DNA of 63,992 bases, counting the filler, from an uncultured Methanosarcinales archaeon (GTDB lineage Archaea; Nanobdellota; Nanobdellia; Woesearchaeales; JACPBV01): NCBI GenBank assembly GCA_964492935.1. It is 3 parts of 3 records of this genome, joined end to end, with 100 filler letters (N's around TTAATTAATTAA, not from the genome) between each part and the next. Parts side by side here need not be neighbours in the genome. Positions count along the whole stretch, not along the records: positions 44,452 to 63,992 come from CAZBLF010000022.1; 2 more parts are not named here. One strand, given 5' to 3'. The translations under genes were made by a program, and so were the position numbers. The notes below the pieces were generated by a model. That model did not search any database and was not told the DNA's origin. It saw only the letters and a program-made list of their open reading frames with translations. Shown here one piece after another: positions 59,305 through 63,992 of the stretch (the first letter of the stretch is position 1; each line of letters opens with the position of its first letter).

Positions 59305-59807
59305 TTCCGTTCACGCTGCGTTAGGAGCTTGTCTTTGTCCTTTTTTTCTGCATCCTTATCTTCTTCACCGTCGACCTTCTTTTCAAGTTCGGTTTTCTTT
59401 TCCTTAGCTTTTGCTTCTACTTTCTTTTTCTCAGCTTCCTTTGCTGCTTTTTCTTTTTTCTGTGCTTCACTTTTTTGTTCAATCTCTTTTATGAAGGCAG
59501 CAGCGTCAAGATTCTTGAGTGTGATATTTTGTTTGATTGCTTCTCGTGCAATTTCACTTTTTCTTTTCTTTCCTACTTTTCCGGATACTAGAAGGGTAGC
59601 ATCGCTTTTCTTGAGATCAGATACTTGAGTGATGATGATGATTTCCTTCGGAGTTTGTACTTTGTAACCGATTCTAACACGCGCTTGGTGGCCTCTTTTG
59701 CCGAGGCGGACCTTTGAATGTCGTCCGCGAGGCTTTCGCCATACCTTTTTCAGACGCTTCTTATGCTGGTCCTGCCTTTGAAATTTAGGGATTATTTTTT
59801 CTGCCAT
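59301..59807 (-). CDS. rpl32e: 50S ribosomal protein L32e with charged C-terminal extension
   Basis: PKFQRQ, WRKPRGRHSK. Confidence 0.92.
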   Translation of the reverse strand: MAEKIIPKFQRQDQHKKRLKKVWRKPRGRHSKVRLGKRGHQARVRIGYKVQTPKEIIIITQVSDLKKSDATLLVSGKVGKKRKSEIAREAIKQNITLKNLDAAAFIKEIEQKSEAQKKEKAAKEAEKKKVEAKAKEKKTELEKKVDGEEDKDAEKKDKDKLLTQRERK

Positions 59808-59808
59808 T

Positions 59809-60354
59809 TTATTTTATAGCCTTGCCGTCTTTTTCAATAATATAACATCCGTCCTGGAAGATTCGTGAATCGAAACCCGGTCGTTTGGTGAGGTTTTCGA
59901 TAGATGCTGCCGTTTGAGATGCAAGCGATATATCGATTGAGGTGATAGTAATGATATCTCCCTCTACTTTTACGTCTACGCCTTCTCGAATATCCAGGGT
60001 TCTTGGTACTTTTTCGCCTAGGAAATTTTTGATGGAGATGACATTATTGTTATGTTCTACCGTCATTGGAAAGTGGCCTGAACATACCTTCACTTTGTAG
60101 ATGAAAGGTTCGGTGACGCCGCGGGCGTAGTTTTTGATGTGGGCTCGCATGGTCTTTAGTATCTTGTTTTCTCGTTTTGTTGCCTTCTTAACTGAAAAGA
60201 TGAGTTTGTTGTCCTTTGCTTCACACTTTACAAGCGGCGAATGGAGTTCCTTTTTGAGTTCTCCTTGCTCTCCTTTGATGGTGAGCAGCATGCCGTCTAC
60301 CTGGACGGATACCTTCTCTGGGATCTCCCATTCGACGTTCATATCTTTTTTCAT
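59809..60354 (-). CDS. rpl6: 50S ribosomal protein uL6
   Basis: HFPM, NFLGEK, DSRIFQDG. Confidence 0.95.
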   Translation of the reverse strand: MKKDMNVEWEIPEKVSVQVDGMLLTIKGEQGELKKELHSPLVKCEAKDNKLIFSVKKATKRENKILKTMRAHIKNYARGVTEPFIYKVKVCSGHFPMTVEHNNNVISIKNFLGEKVPRTLDIREGVDVKVEGDIITITSIDISLASQTAASIENLTKRPGFDSRIFQDGCYIIEKDGKAIK

Positions 60355-60355
60355 G

Positions 60356-60745
60356 TTAATAACAGTATGCTAGCAGGCGTCCTCCAATGTTTTTCTTCTT
60401 TGCTTCTTGGTGTGTGATGATGCCTTCTGGAGTTGCAATGAAGATAATTCCGAAATCACGTGCAGGAAGGTATCTTTTTTCGTATTTTTCGTATTCATCC
60501 TTTTTGACGCTGTATCGTGGTTTGATAGCTCCGCATTTGTTGATACTTCCTAATAATGCTATTTTGAGTGAGTCGCCTTTGGTGCTTTTGGTTTCTTCAA
60601 CAGCGCCGATGTAGTTATTCTTGTTCATGATTTCTACAATCTGTTTGATTATTTTGGAAGCTGGCTTAATCTCGCATGAGCTCTTCCCTGTTTTTTGCAG
60701 ATTGTATATCAATGACAATGCATTTGCTAGTGGATCGTTTAACAT
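60356..60745 (-). CDS. rps8: 30S ribosomal protein uS8
   Basis: DPLANAL, INKCGAIKPR, GGRLLAY. Confidence 0.96.
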   Translation of the reverse strand: MLNDPLANALSLIYNLQKTGKSSCEIKPASKIIKQIVEIMNKNNYIGAVEETKSTKGDSLKIALLGSINKCGAIKPRYSVKKDEYEKYEKRYLPARDFGIIFIATPEGIITHQEAKKKNIGGRLLAYCY

Positions 60746-60756
60746 CTTTGTTTCAC

Positions 60757-60987
60757 CTAACTGTATTTTTTGAACCCCAATTTTGTGGCTATCTGTCTGA
60801 ATGCCTGTCGGCTTAGGTTCAGACCATACTTCTGAATGTGTGCATGAGGATTACCGGAAATGCGGCATCTTTTTACTCGTGCACCATACTTAATTTTCTT
60901 AGGAGCGTTATGTTTCATGAAGCGCTTTAGTTTAGCGGGTTTGTTCTGTAATTGTTTCAATACTTTTCTGTAATCTGAATAGCTCAT
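60757..60987 (-). CDS. rps14: 30S ribosomal protein uS14 (single Cys)
   Basis: CRISG...IQKYGLNLSRQAFRQIA..LGFKKY; operon position. Confidence 0.92.
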   Translation of the reverse strand: MSYSDYRKVLKQLQNKPAKLKRFMKHNAPKKIKYGARVKRCRISGNPHAHIQKYGLNLSRQAFRQIATKLGFKKYS

Positions 60988-61499
60988 TCTACTTCACCTA
61001 CTTTTACATTAAATTGATCTTTGAAAAATGAAATTGATTCCTCTCGGGAAATTTTGTGGCTTTTAGGGATTTTCTTTTTCTGATACATTCTTCTTTTGAT
61101 TCTGAAGCCTGGACGTTCTAGGGTGATACACACTTCAAGTCCCATGATTCCGATTTCAGGATCATACTTCATCTCGCCGATATCGATGTATTCTGCGATG
61201 CCGAATGCTAGAGTTCCGTCGTCAGTAAATTGCTTTTCCTGGAGATGAAATTCTTTTGCCTCGAGTAATCGTTTTAGTAGGGCAGGAATATCTTTTCCCC
61301 GTAGTGTTAGTTTGCATCCGATAGGAACACCTACTCGTAATCCCCATTCAGGAATTCGTTTCTTTGCTTTTGTTTTGACAGGTGTGACACCGGTGAGGTT
61401 TTTGAGCAGAGCTACACCGTTCTCTAGCTTCTTCTGGTCTTTACCCGCACCTATATTGAGGGTGACCTTCTCTATCCGAATCTCTCGCATCTTATTCAT
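60984..61499 (-). CDS. rpl5: 50S ribosomal protein uL5
   Basis: IEKVTLNIG, IGCKLTLRG, YDPEIGIMG. Confidence 0.96.
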   Translation of the reverse strand: MNKMREIRIEKVTLNIGAGKDQKKLENGVALLKNLTGVTPVKTKAKKRIPEWGLRVGVPIGCKLTLRGKDIPALLKRLLEAKEFHLQEKQFTDDGTLAFGIAEYIDIGEMKYDPEIGIMGLEVCITLERPGFRIKRRMYQKKKIPKSHKISREESISFFKDQFNVKVGEVE

Positions 61500-62196
61500 T
61501 GGCTTTTACTGTTAGATTATATGCTGGCTTGTCTTTTCCTACGACAAACACGTATTTTTTTAGTGTTTCAACGGTGTTTTTCTTGGTATCCTTGAAGAGT
61601 ACTTTGTCCTCAGCGATATCCTCAATCGTTCCTTGAGCTCCTGCGTGTTTTCCACCCACTAAGAGGATGGATGCGCCTTTTTGGAGTGGGAAGTGCTCTT
61701 TAATTTCTGTTTTTGGCAGGGTGTAGAGTAGCGTATCTCCTACTGCATACGGTGCTTTTTCCATGAGTAGATTGCGACCATCGCTTAGGGTAATTTGAAA
61801 CTTCTTGCCCTTGAATTTTCGCTTTCCGATGATTCTGCTCATCTTGATTGCTTGTTCCTTTTTGTCGACCTCGATAAATGCTAATTTTCCACGTGTGTCA
61901 AGAACACATCGGTAGCTTGCGCCGAGTGGGACAGAAAGTACATCCATGAATCCTACGGGGTGGCGTGCATCTTTTACTCGCTTTCCGTCAACCATGAGTT
62001 CTTGGTCGTGAAGGATTAATTTAACTTGTTTGAGGGTTGTTGTAATTCCTAGTACCTCTCTCATAATCACGTTGAGGGGCATTCCTAGAGCAAGGCTATG
62101 GGGTCCGGGATTGGGTCGTGTAATATACACGCTTGTTTTCCTACGGAGTGGCCAGGTCTTCGGTATCGTTAGTCTTTTTAGGTGGTTTTTTGTCAT
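61492..62196 (-). CDS. rps4e: 30S ribosomal protein S4e
   Basis: HLKRL, PGPH, PVGFMDV, GGKHAG. Confidence 0.96.
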   Translation of the reverse strand: MTKNHLKRLTIPKTWPLRRKTSVYITRPNPGPHSLALGMPLNVIMREVLGITTTLKQVKLILHDQELMVDGKRVKDARHPVGFMDVLSVPLGASYRCVLDTRGKLAFIEVDKKEQAIKMSRIIGKRKFKGKKFQITLSDGRNLLMEKAPYAVGDTLLYTLPKTEIKEHFPLQKGASILLVGGKHAGAQGTIEDIAEDKVLFKDTKKNTVETLKKYVFVVGKDKPAYNLTVKANE

Positions 62197-62576
62197 TTTG
62201 CTTTCCTTTCTATTGTTATTTTTCTCTTCTTATCTTCGATATTCATTTCGATGATCATGACGTTTGAGGGGATGATTGGAACGGAGACTTTGGTTCCGTC
62301 TTTCTTGGTTCGTTCGATACCGGTAAGGTTGATTCGACCTTTTTTGAGATCAATCGTTGCCACTTTTTCCTCTCTTTTTGTGTACTGTCCGCGAAGGACT
62401 TTTACTTTGTCTCCTACATGGAGGCCAGCTGCTCGTTTTCCATATTTTTCACGAAGTACTTTACTGAGGTGAGCTCGGATGAGTTTCTGTTTGATGTGAA
62501 GCGGAGCATTGATTCTGTATTTTCTCTGCTTACCGGCTTTTACACTGCTATTCCAGTGTTTTGAAAAGGCTTTCAT
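62193..62576 (-). CDS. rpl24: 50S ribosomal protein uL24
   Basis: KQRKYRINAPLH and GDKVKVLRG; start MKAFSK at 62576. Confidence 0.95.
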   Translation of the reverse strand: MKAFSKHWNSSVKAGKQRKYRINAPLHIKQKLIRAHLSKVLREKYGKRAAGLHVGDKVKVLRGQYTKREEKVATIDLKKGRINLTGIERTKKDGTKVSVPIIPSNVMIIEMNIEDKKRKITIERKAK

Positions 62577-62977
62577 TATGCAACAATCCTCGCTACTTTT
62601 GCAATTCCTGGCCATCGTTCAACGGCTTCTTTTGCGATGGGTCCCTTGAAGATGGTTCCCTTAGGATTTCCTTTTTCATCTTTTAATACAACAGCACTAT
62701 TATCTTCGAATACTACCGTCATGCCATCCGGTCGGGTATAGGGTCTTTTTTGACGTACGATTACGGCGAATACGACCTGGGCTTTCATTTCCGGTTTTCC
62801 TTTCTTTACGCTGGCCATGCAGAGATCGCCTACACCTGCAGATTGAGGGCGGCCTTTAGTGGTATTATTTTTGAGTACGCTAAATAACTCGATTATCTTT
62901 GCTCCGGAGTTGTCACAGGTCTGTATGCGACTGCCTACGGGCAATCCTCTCGTTACTTGTGCGTTTACTGCTTTCAT
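62576..62977 (-). CDS. rpl14: 50S ribosomal protein uL14
   Basis: CDNSGAK, FEDNSAV, PKGT..KGPIAKE. Confidence 0.96.
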   Translation of the reverse strand: MKAVNAQVTRGLPVGSRIQTCDNSGAKIIELFSVLKNNTTKGRPQSAGVGDLCMASVKKGKPEMKAQVVFAVIVRQKRPYTRPDGMTVVFEDNSAVVLKDEKGNPKGTIFKGPIAKEAVERWPGIAKVARIVA

Positions 62978-62978
62978 T

Positions 62979-63383
62979 TTATTCCTTGGTTTCCTCAGGT
63001 TTTTCTTCTGAAGCCTCTTCTACGTCCTTAGTTTCTGGGACGTCTTCAACAACTTCTTTTCTCTTCTTGCTTTCTTCTAGGTTCGCTTTACGTTCTTCGT
63101 AGCCGCGTTCTTTTCCTAGAATCTCGGTGATGATGAAGTGCTTTGTCTTGCTTAAAGGCCGGGTCTCGTGGATAATAACACGATCTCCTTCCTGTGCGTT
63201 AATTGATTCTGGATTGTGTGCTTTGAGGTGGGTTCTCTTTTTTTCGTATCGTTCGTATTTTGGAAGGAACTTTCTTCGTTCGAATCCTACTACGACTGTT
63301 TTTTGCATCTTTGAAGAGGTAACGACTCCTTCAAAGGTTCTTCCGTGTAATTTGATGGTTGTTTCTTGTTTTTTTTCTGTCAT
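62979..63383 (-). CDS. rps17: 30S ribosomal protein uS17
   Basis: KYERYEK, AHNP, ETRPLSKTKHF. Confidence 0.96.
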   Translation of the reverse strand: MTEKKQETTIKLHGRTFEGVVTSSKMQKTVVVGFERRKFLPKYERYEKKRTHLKAHNPESINAQEGDRVIIHETRPLSKTKHFIITEILGKERGYEERKANLEESKKRKEVVEDVPETKDVEEASEEKPEETKE

Positions 63384-63703
63384 TTTTGTTTACCTTTAAC
63401 GAGTTCGATGGTTTCTTCTGCGAATCCCATCTTTGTTAGTTTTTCTTTGACTTTTTTCGAGTGATCTCCTTGCAATTCGACTTTTCCGTCCTTTGCGGTA
63501 CCGCCACATGCAAACTGACTTTTAAGGTCTGATGCCAGTTCTTTGAGGTTGATCTCTTTTTCGTCAATGCCTTCGATGATCGTCATGAACTTGTTGAACT
63601 TTTTTCTTTCTAAGCTAATCACAATTTTCTGTGATTCCTTTGTGATAGTCTCCCATACACCTAGGTCCTTAGGTAAGCCGGTCACTGGATCTATTTCGGT
63701 CAT
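63380..63703 (-). CDS. translation initiation factor aIF-1 (SUI1)
   Basis: LKSQFACGGT, VELQGDH. Confidence 0.95.
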   Translation of the reverse strand: MTEIDPVTGLPKDLGVWETITKESQKIVISLERKKFNKFMTIIEGIDEKEINLKELASDLKSQFACGGTAKDGKVELQGDHSKKVKEKLTKMGFAEETIELVKGKQK

Positions 63704-63912
63704 TCTTTTTTACCACCCTCCGTGGTTTTTCGCTCGTGGAGCAACATGAGCAACCGAGCGATGTTCTTTTTAGTGTTTCTAGCGTGAGAGGGACTTTTGA
63801 GGGAGGTACCTGTTGCAATTTGTGCATTGTCTTTCATCAGATCCATTCGTAATTCGGAGAGCTTTTTTTCTAGATCAGCAGTTTGTAACTCGCGCAGCTC
63901 CTTCATTTTCAT
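63700..63912 (-). CDS. rpl29: 50S ribosomal protein uL29
   Basis: KELREL...KKNIARLL; operon position. Confidence 0.93.
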   Translation of the reverse strand: MKMKELRELQTADLEKKLSELRMDLMKDNAQIATGTSLKSPSHARNTKKNIARLLMLLHERKTTEGGKKE

Positions 63913-63992
63913 TCTTTCTTGTCCTCTTTAGGTGCTTCTTCTTCTGCAGGTTTTTCTTCTGCTTTCTTGTCAGGTTTTGGTTCTTCTGCAGG
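63909..63992 (-). CDS. C-terminal charged tail of the upstream gene, probably uS3 (partial)
   Basis: PAEEPKPDKKAEEKPAEEEAPKEDKKE* overlapping the uL29 start; identity rests on gene order only. Confidence 0.6.
   Translation of the reverse strand, partial: PAEEPKPDKKAEEKPAEEEAPKEDKKE

Overview
The window comes from a small-genome archaeon, most likely DPANN (Woesearchaeota-like). The lineage is inferred from the archaeal rRNA and ribosomal proteins, LonB, the PoK/PPS CoA pathway and many orphan helical proteins. It is three contigs joined by artificial N-TTAATTAATTAA-N spacers (22431-22530, 44352-44451). Contig 1 holds eL33, lonB and kae1, then a minus-strand 16S-tRNA(Ala)-23S operon with six introns. 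These are one BHB intron in 16S, two in tRNA-Ala, two BHB introns in the 23S peptidyl-transferase region (one with a LAGLIDADG gene) and a group I intron at L1931 with a second LAGLIDADG gene. The operon is followed by a degenerate copy of the 23S 3' end. Beside the rRNA promoter is an unannotated module: a hairpin sRNA and a ribbon-helix-helix gene sharing triple AGTWACT operators, then four large hypothetical genes, two of which share an unrecognised domain. Contig 2 holds ftsY, pfdA, prs, scpA, four tRNAs (including an intron-containing tRNA-Ile(UAU)), ef1b, eL41, a Ski2-like helicase, ppcA, PoK, PPS, serS and a doubly frameshifted PfkB-like gene. Three of its tRNAs are flanked by copies of their own ends fused to multi-hairpin modules. 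Contig 3 holds a shikimate/aromatic amino acid operon running into pheST, and the spc-type ribosomal protein cluster, which lacks the usual rnp1, adk and cmk. All calls are from reading the sequence by eye; no database searches were run.
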